Source: Planctomycetota bacterium (GTDB lineage Bacteria > Planctomycetota > JAZDJP01). Taken from it: a stretch of DNA of 64,000 nt. Of the stretch, positions 1 through 8,897 are shown in pieces; position 1 is the first letter of the stretch, and the number at the start of each line of letters is the position of its first letter. The stretch covers positions 121,462 through 185,461 of the forward strand of contig JAZDJP010000084.1 of the NCBI GenBank assembly GCA_043803805.1. Direction: 5' to 3'. The notes beneath the pieces are model-generated. The model had not been told where the DNA came from and searched no databases. It saw only the letters and a program-made list of their open reading frames with translations. Both the position numbers and the translations under genes were made by a program.

Positions 1-1203
1 TGGCTTCACCGAGGAGGAGGGTTTTCCCGTCGGTGCTTTCCGACACGATGTCTATTTCCATCGGTTTGCGATCGAGGCCGTTTCCCCACCATGCCGCGGC
101 CGGTCTCCATTGTTTGTTGAAGAGTGCCAGGCGTGGCACGGCGGCACGGGCAAGGTCTTCCCAGACCGCCGCCACGTGGGTGGGGAATGCTTTCGCCGTT
201 TGATCGGCAACCTCGGCAATCCGACGCGCCTCCAACATCGTTCGTTCCGGTTCCGCAAACCGGAACCAGAAACGCAGAAACGGGTCCGAGATGCGATAGA
301 GGGATTGCTTGCTGTCGCGAGGGGATGCCCCGAAGGGACAATCCCGTCGAACAAGATCCAATTCGATCAATCGTTGGAGAGGACGGGACAGGGCGGTGGC
401 GGGTTTTCCCAGTCGCGAAGCGATCTCGGACGGCCGGTGGCACCCGCTCCCGATGAGTGAAAGAATGGAGACCGCGCCGGCGGTTTCCCGCATGTCCTCC
501 TGAAGAAGCCGGTCGGCCTCTCCATGGAGGACACCCAGGGGATCAAACACGAGTCGTTCCAGGGATTCCTCCCGGTTTTGGCATTCCGATGCGAGTTCCC
601 AGTATCGGGGAATTCCGCCCCATACCGCATATGCTTCCATGGCCGGAACGGCGTCTGTGATGGAGAGCGCCTTGCGGATCCATCCCGCCGGAATCGGGGT
701 AATACGCAGGATTTCGTCCGCGCGACCGTAAAGCGGCGCCGTGCGGTCGAGAATCAATCCCTGCATCATCCGCTGGGAGGAACCGCATAACACCAGATGA
801 ATTCCCTTTCCTTGTCCGGCATCCAGTCGTTTCTGCAGGATGCTCGGGACTTCCGGTGCAGCCGAGGCGAGATACGGAAACTCATCCAATACGAGAGACA
901 TCCCCGGGCGGGCGGTTTCCCACCATGCCCGGAAAAGCGCATCCCAGTCCGGATAGATCACACGGTCGAATCCAGGGAGAAGCCGGGCGATTTCCCGTGC
1001 CGTTCCCTCCCGTTGCAGGGGGCTTTCCCGTTCATCCGCGACATAGAATACGGTGGAGTCAGGAAGGAACACCTCCTGGAGCAATCGTGACTTCCCGCAA
1101 CGGCGGCGTCCGTAAAGCGTCGCGAAAGCGCCATCCCGGTGTTTTTTCATCCGTCGGAGCCGGGCGATTTCTTCGGAACGATCCAGAAATTCCAGTTTCA
1201 TGA
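1..1203 (-). CDS. AAA+ ATPase of the DUF234/archaeal-ATPase family (partial; 3' end beyond the window edge)
   Basis: Absent from the ORF track because there is no stop codon inside the window. Reverse-complement reading from ATG at 1201-1203 gives MKLEFLDRSEEIARLRRMKKHRDGAFATLYGRRRCGKSRLLQEVF... Walker A is GRRRCGKS, the Walker B-like motif is LVLDEFPYL, and AVWGGIPRYWEL is typical of DUF234 ATPases. The frame stays open down to position 1. Confidence 0.6.
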
Positions 1204-1409
1204 AATCCTTTCCATGCGTAAACCGAAAAGATATGACTGGTGTTGGATTGTGTTGTTATTATGCCACAGACGCATTATGCAGCAAGGACATAATAACCGC
1301 GGCCAATGAATCCGGGGAATTGCGATATTTATACATGCGATGAATAAATATCACGACGTGTGGGGGCTCTCGAGGGTTTATATGTGGTCAAAAACACTTT
1401 GATGAAAAT

Positions 1410-1494
1410 CCCGTTCATGGTGAGCATTCCTTCGATAAACTCAGGATGAGCGGACTTCGATAAACCTGTCTGCCGGTAGGTTCAAGATGAGCGG
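1410..1494. repeat. Intergenic motif cluster A (CCCGTTCATGGTGAGCATTCCTT plus two TCARGATGAGCGG boxes)
   Basis: Exact 23-mer also found at 32235-32257 and, inverted with 2 mismatches, at 3490-3513. The companion box ctcaggatgagcgg/ttcaagatgagcgg recurs at 32320-32333. Confidence 0.55.
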
Positions 1495-1496
1495 AT

Positions 1497-3401
1497 TTAG
1501 CGAATCCGGAAAATGCTGACGATGGAGTTCCGGAAGACCTCCTCGGTTTCCCGGCATTTCCGGAGACGCCCCCGGATTCCGGGGGCCATCCGTTCCTCGT
1601 AGGGGCCGGCCAGAACGTAGGCCGCCCGGTTCCGACGGGCGATGGAGGATATCCGGCGGGTGTCCTCCGATCGGTAGGCTTCCCAGATTTCCTCTCTCAA
1701 CGTGAGGGCGCCGGTATCGTCGGGTCTGAAGACCTGTGTGTGATAATCATCGCCAAGCACAACGTTTCTTCCGGACAGTGATGCCGGAATCGTAACATAA
1801 CGCCCCCGGGGGGGAAGAATCAGAAGCCGGTCCTCCGGACGGGTGTTCCCGGCGATCCACCGGTACGCGGCGGCCTCGTCGGACGGTATGGCCAGGTGAG
1901 CCCCGCGCAGACCGGAGGAAACCGCGACGTCCATGCCGAGGGTGAGGAGGGTGGGCAGAAGGACGCACGCGGGAAGGACGAGCGCCGGCCATCGCCGTGT
2001 TTCGATCCGTCGGGCGATTTCGGATGCGGCCAGCGCGACAAACCCGATCCCGACCACCTTGACGCTTTTCCGAAGGAAGAGTTCGGGGTTGGCGGGTTCC
2101 CCGACCGAGAGGCCGATGGCCAGTCCCGTTGCGGCCAGAAGCAGGATGTCCCGAGGGAGGCGGCCGGCGGGAAATTCCCGGCGGAGGAAGGCCAGTGTCA
2201 TGATCATCAGTCCGCCGTATTCCGCCAGGAGGTAAATCGGCAAAATTTTCCAGGCGGCCGGGTACGGGTGAAATCCGATTTGAGGGGCGCCGAAAATTCC
2301 GGTGATTCGAAAGGTGAAAAATCCGGCGGCGGCGGTGAACACGGCGTACAGGAATGGACGGAGGCGTTGTTCTTCCGGCCCGGCGGGAATCAAGGCGGAA
2401 AGAATCGCCCACGCGACGCCGATGGCGCCGATGAAGGCATCGAATCCGGTGGCGAAAACGGCCAGGGCGGTTCTCCGTCCTCCCGGCTTGAAAAGCGACA
2501 GGGACGCCAGAATGAGGGAAAGGGCCATGAGGGCATGGGGCTCGTAGAGGAAATCGCGATAAATTCCATGAGACAGGTCGGAAATCGCCAGGGGGACGTC
2601 CTCTCCCGCCGAGGGCACGCGCACAAGGCCGGGAACGAGGGACTCCACGAGCGGTCGGGCGATGGCGTAGACCCCCTTGTAACCGCCGGTCAGGAAAACA
2701 AGGGCCATTCCGGCGGTGATGCCGGTTTTGCGCGATGTGACTTTCCCGACAAGGGAGATCGCCACGCCCAGAAACAGAAATCCGGCCGCGAGGGATGAGG
2801 CCATGAGGGCGGGGATGGCGGGGGCGCCCCATCGGATCAGGGCTCCCGGAAAAAGATGGAAGAACCAGTAGTAATGAAGGGGATGGCCCGCCTGGAAGGG
2901 GGTTTCCGGAGGGAATGAACGGGAGGTGGATGAGGCGATGGCCAAGTGATGGAGAAAGTCAATGTTGAAGTAGGGAGGGTAGAGGAATCGTCCGGCTTGT
3001 TCCGTCAGAAGAAGCATGTAGGGAGGGGCGACCAGAAGAATCTGGAGGAATATGGCAATTACGAACGAACGGGCATCCGTGCCGGAATCCACGGGTGCGG
3101 GTTCCGGGGAAGGGCGTTTGCCGAATAAGAAAAGCGACAGGCTGACAAAGGCTGAAATAAGAACGAATGCGCCCGCGGGCCGGACGATACCGGACAGGAA
3201 AATCATGAGGCCGAAGGCGACCGCCGCCGCGGCCCATCCCCGGGCGGTGTCGCGTTGTCCAAAGGCGCGGCCGGCCGCGATCGCCGGCAGGAGAAACAGG
3301 GCCAGCCCTCCGAGGATTATCGGGGAATCCGGACCGGCAATAAAAATAGCGAGGATGATCGGGAATGCCGCGGCGAGGATGAGTCCGTGATAATATTTCA
3401 T
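1497..3401 (-). CDS. Large polytopic membrane protein with a C-terminal soluble domain; candidate GT-C-type glycosyltransferase or polysaccharide polymerase
   Basis: 634-aa ORF whose first ~430 aa consist of many hydrophobic segments, followed by a ~200-aa non-membrane C-terminal region. No exosortase CSG motif is present. It sits at the head of a polysaccharide locus. Function is inferred from topology and context only. Confidence 0.45.
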   Translation of the reverse strand: MKYYHGLILAAAFPIILAIFIAGPDSPIILGGLALFLLPAIAAGRAFGQRDTARGWAAAAVAFGLMIFLSGIVRPAGAFVLISAFVSLSLFLFGKRPSPEPAPVDSGTDARSFVIAIFLQILLVAPPYMLLLTEQAGRFLYPPYFNIDFLHHLAIASSTSRSFPPETPFQAGHPLHYYWFFHLFPGALIRWGAPAIPALMASSLAAGFLFLGVAISLVGKVTSRKTGITAGMALVFLTGGYKGVYAIARPLVESLVPGLVRVPSAGEDVPLAISDLSHGIYRDFLYEPHALMALSLILASLSLFKPGGRRTALAVFATGFDAFIGAIGVAWAILSALIPAGPEEQRLRPFLYAVFTAAAGFFTFRITGIFGAPQIGFHPYPAAWKILPIYLLAEYGGLMIMTLAFLRREFPAGRLPRDILLLAATGLAIGLSVGEPANPELFLRKSVKVVGIGFVALAASEIARRIETRRWPALVLPACVLLPTLLTLGMDVAVSSGLRGAHLAIPSDEAAAYRWIAGNTRPEDRLLILPPRGRYVTIPASLSGRNVVLGDDYHTQVFRPDDTGALTLREEIWEAYRSEDTRRISSIARRNRAAYVLAGPYEERMAPGIRGRLRKCRETEEVFRNSIVSIFRIR

Positions 3402-3489
3402 CAGAAGTGTGATGGGTTGATATTCCAGCGATGGTACAATTTATGCGGTTGCCTGTCCATGTTTTGATAAATCCGTTATGTTAAGTTTT

Positions 3490-3513
3490 AAGGGATGCTC
3501 ACCATGAACGGGA
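3490..3513. repeat. Intergenic motif copy B (inverted: AAGGGATGCTCACCATGAACGGGA)
   Basis: Reverse complement of the 23-mer with 2 mismatches (cat-t-cctt becomes cat-c-cctt), in the divergent promoter region between the membrane-protein and ligase genes. Confidence 0.5.
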
Positions 3514-3568
3514 TATTTGCCATAAAATCCTTTGAAACCAACGGATTGGGATTGACGATACAAGGGAT

Positions 3569-5176
3569 ATGATGCGCGGTCCGACAAACGATCGGCTGTT
3601 TCTGCCCGAAGGAAGGAAGACGGAGGGGGCGACACGCGAGGTGGTCTTCACGTTTTTCCTCGTTTTGGGATTTGCCCTGACTCTGACGGGTATTACCGTC
3701 CCTTACCGGGGGGTCCACATTCCGTTTCCGGTGATGGTGGCGCTGGGATTTCTCTTCACGGGGTATTGTCTGCGTCTGGCCCTCGAGGACTTTCATAAAA
3801 TCATGCTTCTGTTTGCCGTGTACATCCCGTTTCAAAAGGAATTGGCGGGGGACTTCGGGGGGCTCCTGCGGGCATTCAACATGACGAATATTTTAATCCT
3901 CACCATGGCCCTGGGCTGGTTTTCGCAGTCGTTTTTGGAGGGGCGTTCCGTTTATAAACGGCGTTCGGCCGATCTCCCGGTATTCCTTTTCATGTTTTTA
4001 GGTTCGATATCCCTGATTCGGTCGGAAATCACTCGTGTGGATCTGGACTTTCTTGAACTCGTGTTCGTTTTGAAACGATGGGCCGAGCCGATGCTGGTGT
4101 ATTATATTTTTGTCAATAATATCCGGGACCGCCGGGATGTCTGGTGGGTGGTGTTCGTGGTCTGTCTCATGACGGGTCTGGTCGGGATGATCGGGCTCAA
4201 GGAGTATTACATTGATATCGGGGGATTGTGGAGGTACCCGTCGTCTTTGGATAGGTGTCGCATCAAGGGCATCGCCGACCAGCCCAATCAGTTCGGGGCG
4301 TATTTCTGCTACTACTCGTTTTATATGGTCTCATTTTTTTTCCATTATCTGTATGAAAAGAAATTCTGGATTTTCCTCATCCCGATTGCGGTGTGCGGAC
4401 GCGCCATGTTGTTGTGTTTTTCCCGGGGGGCGACGATTTCCTTCGCGGTGGCGGCCTATGCGACGACGTGGTTCTGGAACCGGAAGGTGGCGTTGTTGCT
4501 TCTGACTCCGGTCCTATGTTATTTCGTGATGAATCCGGATATGATTCCTTCAGTGATTATGGGGCGTTTAAAGCCCACCGTGGAAACGGTCCGGGAATAC
4601 GGTCCCGGGAATGCGCGTGAGACCATCGGGGAAATGGATGCCAGCGCGTATGGCCGTATCAACCTGTGGTACCTTGGCGTTCAAATCGTCAAACGGAATC
4701 CTGTTTTCGGCGTTGGGTTTGGTAATTACCCGAGGGTCTCCCAGGAACTTGCTCGGGAAGGGGTGGAGGTTCCATTTGGAGGGTTGGTCACGGAGCAGTG
4801 GGATCCACACAGTACATACGTGGCCATTGCCACGGAAATGGGGGTTCCGGCGCTGATTCTGTTTTTGCTTATACTAGGGATTTTCGCGAAGAGCGCGTGG
4901 GGGATATGTCGCGGAAGTCATGACCGGTTTTTCAGGAGTATCGCGGTTGGTTATCTGGGGGGCATGGTCGGATTGCTCGTCGTCAATATTTTTGGTTCGC
5001 GCCTCTTCGACACCAACGAGGTCGTGACGCATTTTTGGATCATGTCCGCCGTTATTTTGTGCGTTCGCGATATGGTGGATGAGGAGGTTGCGAAATCCCC
5101 GGCGTCGGTGAATGTCACGGACTCCGCGTCGTCCGGACGTCATGCTGAGTTAGGCCGGAATCAGTTGGAATCGTGA
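3569..5176 (+). CDS. O-antigen ligase / Wzy_C family membrane protein (PEP-CTERM-locus type)
   Basis: 535-aa multi-TM protein with a periplasmic loop. It carries ligase-family motifs (SRGA, GVGFGNY, HSTYVAIATEMG with a conserved His). It lies next to a PEP-CTERM-type deacetylase. Confidence 0.6.
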   Translation: MMRGPTNDRLFLPEGRKTEGATREVVFTFFLVLGFALTLTGITVPYRGVHIPFPVMVALGFLFTGYCLRLALEDFHKIMLLFAVYIPFQKELAGDFGGLLRAFNMTNILILTMALGWFSQSFLEGRSVYKRRSADLPVFLFMFLGSISLIRSEITRVDLDFLELVFVLKRWAEPMLVYYIFVNNIRDRRDVWWVVFVVCLMTGLVGMIGLKEYYIDIGGLWRYPSSLDRCRIKGIADQPNQFGAYFCYYSFYMVSFFFHYLYEKKFWIFLIPIAVCGRAMLLCFSRGATISFAVAAYATTWFWNRKVALLLLTPVLCYFVMNPDMIPSVIMGRLKPTVETVREYGPGNARETIGEMDASAYGRINLWYLGVQIVKRNPVFGVGFGNYPRVSQELAREGVEVPFGGLVTEQWDPHSTYVAIATEMGVPALILFLLILGIFAKSAWGICRGSHDRFFRSIAVGYLGGMVGLLVVNIFGSRLFDTNEVVTHFWIMSAVILCVRDMVDEEVAKSPASVNVTDSASSGRHAELGRNQLES

Positions 5177-5308
5177 TCGTGTCCGACGGATCGAATGACG
5201 GCATGAGGGATGTCCTGCCGTCGCTGGCCGGGGGGAATGTCCGGGATCGGCGGATCTTCGAGCGCCACGGGGAAATGGCCGCCATCATCTTGGGAAAGGA
5301 TTTCCCAT
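5149..5308 (+). pseudogene. Possible remnant of a family-2 glycosyltransferase N-terminus
   Basis: A short open frame in the ligase/deacetylase spacer translates VRPESVGIVIVSDGSNDGMRDVLPSLAGGNVRDRRIFERHGEMAAIILGKDFP. The IVIVSDGSNDG segment resembles the GT2 DxD-region motif. There is no start codon and no upstream part. Confidence 0.2.
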
Positions 5309-5349
5309 GAGACGGCGGGGCGGTTTCGCGATCTCACGGAGATGATGCG

Positions 5350-6219
5350 ATGGCGGTGACGAACGCGCTGACATTCGATATCGAGGAGTATTTTCACGCC
5401 CATAATCTGGAGGGTGTTGTGTCACGAGGCGACTGGGAAGGTCTGCCCGGGCGCGCAGCGGAGCACACGCGGTTGATATTGCGGTTGTTGCGCGAACACG
5501 GGGTCCGGGCGACATTTTTCGTGCTGGGATGGGTGGCCGAGAGGCACCCTGACGTTGTGAGAGAGATCGTCGGGGAAGGGCATGAGGTCGGTTCCCACGG
5601 CCATGAGCACCGGCCCCTGTGCCGACAGCGTCCCGGGGAATTTCTGCGGGATCTGGACCGTTCCTGCGAAGCGATTCGGTCGGCGCTGGTGGGGTCCGAC
5701 GCCCCGCGTTGCCTGCTCCATGGGTACCGCGCTCCTTCCTTTTCCATCACGCGCGAGACGACATGGGCGTTGGATTTGTTGCGCCAGCGTGGCTTTCGGT
5801 ATGATTCCAGCATATTCCCGATATCCTTTCATGACCGGTATGGGTTTCCCGGGGCGGAGCGGCACGCCCATCGTATCCAGGAGGAATTGTGGGAGTTTCC
5901 GATCAGCACGTTGCGGATTCTCGGGAAAAACTGGCCGGTGGCCGGCGGCGGGTATCTTCGCCTCATGCCCTACGGATGGACGCGATGGGCGATCCGTCGA
6001 ATCAACCTCCGGGGGGAGCCTGCGGTGATTTATCTTCACCCGTGGGAATTCGATCCGAAACAGCCGGTCGTCCGTGGCCTCCCGGCGCTGGCGCGATTCC
6101 GCCATTACGTCAACCTGGCGCGGACCGAATCGCGCCTGAGGCGGCTGTTGCGCGATTTCAGGTTCGCCCCCCTGAGCGAGGTGTACGCCCGGGAACTGGG
6201 GGGGACGGTATGCGGATAG
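5350..6219 (+). CDS. Polysaccharide deacetylase, PEP-CTERM-locus subfamily (NodB fold plus DUF3473-like C-terminus)
   Basis: The N-terminus LTFDIEEYFHAHNLEG...HGVRATFFVLGWVAERHPDVVREIVGEGHEVGSHGHEH matches the XrtA/PEP-CTERM-associated deacetylase family. 289 aa. Confidence 0.7.
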   Translation: MAVTNALTFDIEEYFHAHNLEGVVSRGDWEGLPGRAAEHTRLILRLLREHGVRATFFVLGWVAERHPDVVREIVGEGHEVGSHGHEHRPLCRQRPGEFLRDLDRSCEAIRSALVGSDAPRCLLHGYRAPSFSITRETTWALDLLRQRGFRYDSSIFPISFHDRYGFPGAERHAHRIQEELWEFPISTLRILGKNWPVAGGGYLRLMPYGWTRWAIRRINLRGEPAVIYLHPWEFDPKQPVVRGLPALARFRHYVNLARTESRLRRLLRDFRFAPLSEVYARELGGTVCG

Positions 6220-6989
6220 CCGTCGTCACTCAGGAGGAGCCGTTTGTCATCCCCGGGATGCTCCATGCCCTGTATTCCGGCATCGGGAAGCGCGTGGTCG
6301 CCACGGTCATTCTTCCCTCGTTCAATCAGTCCCCGTGGGGGGTGGCCCGGCGCCTTTACGGATTGTACGGGCCGGGGGATTTCGCCCGGCTGGCGGTCCG
6401 GTACGCGCTGGCGATGGGGAAGGCGGGGATCAACCGGTTCCATCCCTGGTTCCATCCGGGCGGCATTCGGGATGTCTCGCGCCGGTTCGGAATCCCCGCA
6501 TACCGTCCCCGCCGGATCAACGACCCGGATTTCCTCGATGTGGTCCGAAGGGAGATCCGGCCCGACTTGCTGGTTTCCGTCGCGGCCAGCCAGAAACTGG
6601 GGCGGGATCTTCTTTCAATCCCGTCCCTGGGGGGGATCAATCTTCACTCGGCTCCGCTTCCGCGCTACCGGGGAATGATGCCCAGTTTCTGGGCGATGCT
6701 GAACGGGGAAACAGAAACCGCGGTGACCGTGCATGTCATGACGGAGGAAATTGACGGAGGAGATATTCTGGTTCAGGAGCCCGTCCGCATCGATCCGGCG
6801 AACACCCTGCACGACCTGATAAAAACATCGAAAATGGCCGGCGTGGGAGCGTTGCTTCGTGCCATCGACGGGCTGGAGCGCGGGGTGGCCACGCGCAAAC
6901 CGATGGATCTCCGGGATGGCTCGTACTTCTCCTTTCCCACCCGGGAGGACGCCGCGCGTTTCCGGAAGAAAGGGTTGAAACTGTTGTAA
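6210..6989 (+). CDS. Formyltransferase family protein (Fmt/ArnA-N-like); probable sugar N-formyltransferase
   Basis: Begins MRIAVVTQEEP and overlaps the upstream stop. Contains the formyl-transferase catalytic block INLHSAPLPRYRGMMPSFWAMLNGE...DGGDILVQE. The ORF-track entry 5889..6989 is an N-terminally over-extended version. Confidence 0.7.
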   Translation: MRIAVVTQEEPFVIPGMLHALYSGIGKRVVATVILPSFNQSPWGVARRLYGLYGPGDFARLAVRYALAMGKAGINRFHPWFHPGGIRDVSRRFGIPAYRPRRINDPDFLDVVRREIRPDLLVSVAASQKLGRDLLSIPSLGGINLHSAPLPRYRGMMPSFWAMLNGETETAVTVHVMTEEIDGGDILVQEPVRIDPANTLHDLIKTSKMAGVGALLRAIDGLERGVATRKPMDLRDGSYFSFPTREDAARFRKKGLKLL

Positions 6990-6993
6990 CCGG

Positions 6994-8121
6994 GTGCGTG
7001 AAATGAGCATGGGAGATGGCTGGCTGATCGGGTTGATGGGAATGGCCCTCTACCCGTACGTGTTCTATCCGCCGGTGGCCTGGCTGCGGGCCCGATGGTT
7101 CGGTCGGCGCGTCGAGGAGGGGGATATTTCCCCGGATGTGACGTTCATTGTTCCCGTGTGTAACGAGGCGGAATTCGTTTCGGCCAAGGTGGAGAACACG
7201 CTCGCGCTCGCCTATCCCGTCGGCCGGATGGAGATCGTGTTTGTGTCCGACGGTTCGACGGACGGGACCGCGGAGCGGATTTCGGCCCTTTCCGGAGAAC
7301 GGGGGGGGCGATTCCGGGTGATTGCGCTCCGGGAAAGACGGGGAAAGATGGGGGCGGTTGCGGAGGCCGTCCGTCGAACGCAGGGGGATGTGGTGATCTT
7401 GAGCGACGTGACGGCCGAACTCGCTCCGGACGCGGTCACGAAACTGGTCCGGGTGTTTGCCGATCCCCGCGTGGGCGTGGCGGGCGCGGATTTCGTGCTG
7501 AGGGGAGGCGGGGTGTTTCAGCGGTACCGGGGGTTCGACAACTGGTTGCGCCGTTGGGAAAGCCGATGCCACTCGTCAATCGGGCTTTCGGGGACGTGCC
7601 TGGCGTTCCGGCGACAGGTCATTTCGGATCTCCCGGGAGATGTCATACTGGACGACATCTACATCCCGCTCCAGGCGGTCAAGGCGGGGTTCCGCGCGGT
7701 CGTCGTGGAGTCGGTGCTATCGCTGGAATGGACTCGCACGGGATATCCGGAGTTTCACCGGAAGGTGAGGACACTGGCCGGCAATTACCAGATGATGTTC
7801 CGGTTTCCATCCTTGCTCATTCCGCTTCGGAGTCCGGTGGCCTTCGCCTGGTGGTCTCACAAAATACTGCGGTTGGGGACGTCGGTTTTCCTGCTGGCGG
7901 CGTACGGGCTGACTATGGCGATTTCCGGATTTCGCGGCGTGGGATTCTGGGTTCAAACGGGATTCTATCTCGGTCTGGCATTGGCGTGGCTGTTGTCCCG
8001 ATGGGGGGCGTGTCCGGCGGTGGTGCGATCGGTCGCGGACGTGTCCGTCGTGCTGGCCGCCGATCTGGTTTCTCCGCTTTGTTACTGGCGCGGATGGACG
8101 GGGGCCCGATGGCGAAAATGA
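6994..8121 (+). CDS. Glycosyltransferase family 2 with C-terminal transmembrane segments
   Basis: TFIVPVCNEAEFV...IVFVSDGSTDGT...DVVILSDVT gives the GT2 DxD-type signature. The C-terminal third is hydrophobic. Confidence 0.7.
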   Translation: MREMSMGDGWLIGLMGMALYPYVFYPPVAWLRARWFGRRVEEGDISPDVTFIVPVCNEAEFVSAKVENTLALAYPVGRMEIVFVSDGSTDGTAERISALSGERGGRFRVIALRERRGKMGAVAEAVRRTQGDVVILSDVTAELAPDAVTKLVRVFADPRVGVAGADFVLRGGGVFQRYRGFDNWLRRWESRCHSSIGLSGTCLAFRRQVISDLPGDVILDDIYIPLQAVKAGFRAVVVESVLSLEWTRTGYPEFHRKVRTLAGNYQMMFRFPSLLIPLRSPVAFAWWSHKILRLGTSVFLLAAYGLTMAISGFRGVGFWVQTGFYLGLALAWLLSRWGACPAVVRSVADVSVVLAADLVSPLCYWRGWTGARWRK

Positions 8122-8897
8122 ATTTGTTCCCCCTGTTGTTTCACGGGATATCCGGTTCCTCCCGCGAGGAGGCTGGTTTTCGCCCCGAAGAGCGGTTCTA
8201 TGTGACATCCCGGGAAAAGTTCCAGGGGTTGGCCGATTGGATTTCTCGGCGTGGATACCGGGTGCTGACGGCGGCTGATCTGCTGGGGGATGAGGAACGT
8301 CCGGATATAACGCAGGCGACGATCCTTACGTTCGACGATGCACTGCCCAGTCATCACCGGCATGCGCTTCCTGTTCTGGCCGAGCGGAAATTGCATGGCA
8401 TGTTTTTTCTGGTGACGGACGACGTTGGAAAACCGGATCGCCTCGGCTGGGGGGATGTCCGCGACCTGGATCATGCGGGCATGACGATCGGGACCCATGG
8501 CCGGACACACCGGTTGTTTTCCCATCTGGGCGCGCGGGAATTGAGGGAGGAGCTGCGGTCATCGAAACGCGAACTGGAGGATCGTCTGGGAAAGGAAGTT
8601 CATCTGTGCGCTCTCCCGGGCGGGGCGTGGCACCCGGACACGGCTGCGGCGGCGCGTGAGTCGGGATACCGGGGGCTTTTAATGTCGGGTGTTCGCCGGC
8701 ACGTTATTGATTCAGTCCCGAAAATCTGGTATCGATTTACCGTCGTGCGGAAGACTCCGTTGGACGACATGGAGGGATTTCTTCTCGGACGAAAGGTGAT
8801 TCGATTCCGTTACCGGGCACGGGCGGCGGCCGTCGCGCTGATCAAGGGTGTTCTGGGCCGGAAATGGTATCGGACACTGAAGGGGTCCTATGGGTGA
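8109..8897 (+). CDS. Polysaccharide deacetylase (NodB homology domain)
   Basis: Contains the TILTFDDALPSHHRHALPVL...HGMFFLV...IGTHGRTH deacetylase motifs. Start is ATG at 8109 or at 8118 (an ATGA overlap with the GT2 stop). The track ORF 7554..8897 is over-extended. Confidence 0.65.
   Translation: MAKMNLFPLLFHGISGSSREEAGFRPEERFYVTSREKFQGLADWISRRGYRVLTAADLLGDEERPDITQATILTFDDALPSHHRHALPVLAERKLHGMFFLVTDDVGKPDRLGWGDVRDLDHAGMTIGTHGRTHRLFSHLGARELREELRSSKRELEDRLGKEVHLCALPGGAWHPDTAAAARESGYRGLLMSGVRRHVIDSVPKIWYRFTVVRKTPLDDMEGFLLGRKVIRFRYRARAAAVALIKGVLGRKWYRTLKGSYG

Noticed and set aside
1747-2832. 361-aa minus and 300-aa plus (1896..2798) ORFs inside the membrane-protein gene
   Set aside because: Alternative-frame artefacts with R/G/P-rich composition. 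The 634-aa frame has coherent hydrophobic helices.
5889-6209. N-terminal extensions of track ORFs (5889..6989, 7554..8897, 36051..39290, 50680..52002, 54396..55112, 33616..36477, 29744..32173, 23257..23679)
   Set aside because: The upstream portions overlap the preceding genes in another frame. Conserved N-termini (MRIAVV..., MKRWIYFFGDG..., MIRAERL..., MLELAGV..., signal peptides) and ATGA-type coupling indicate the internal starts.
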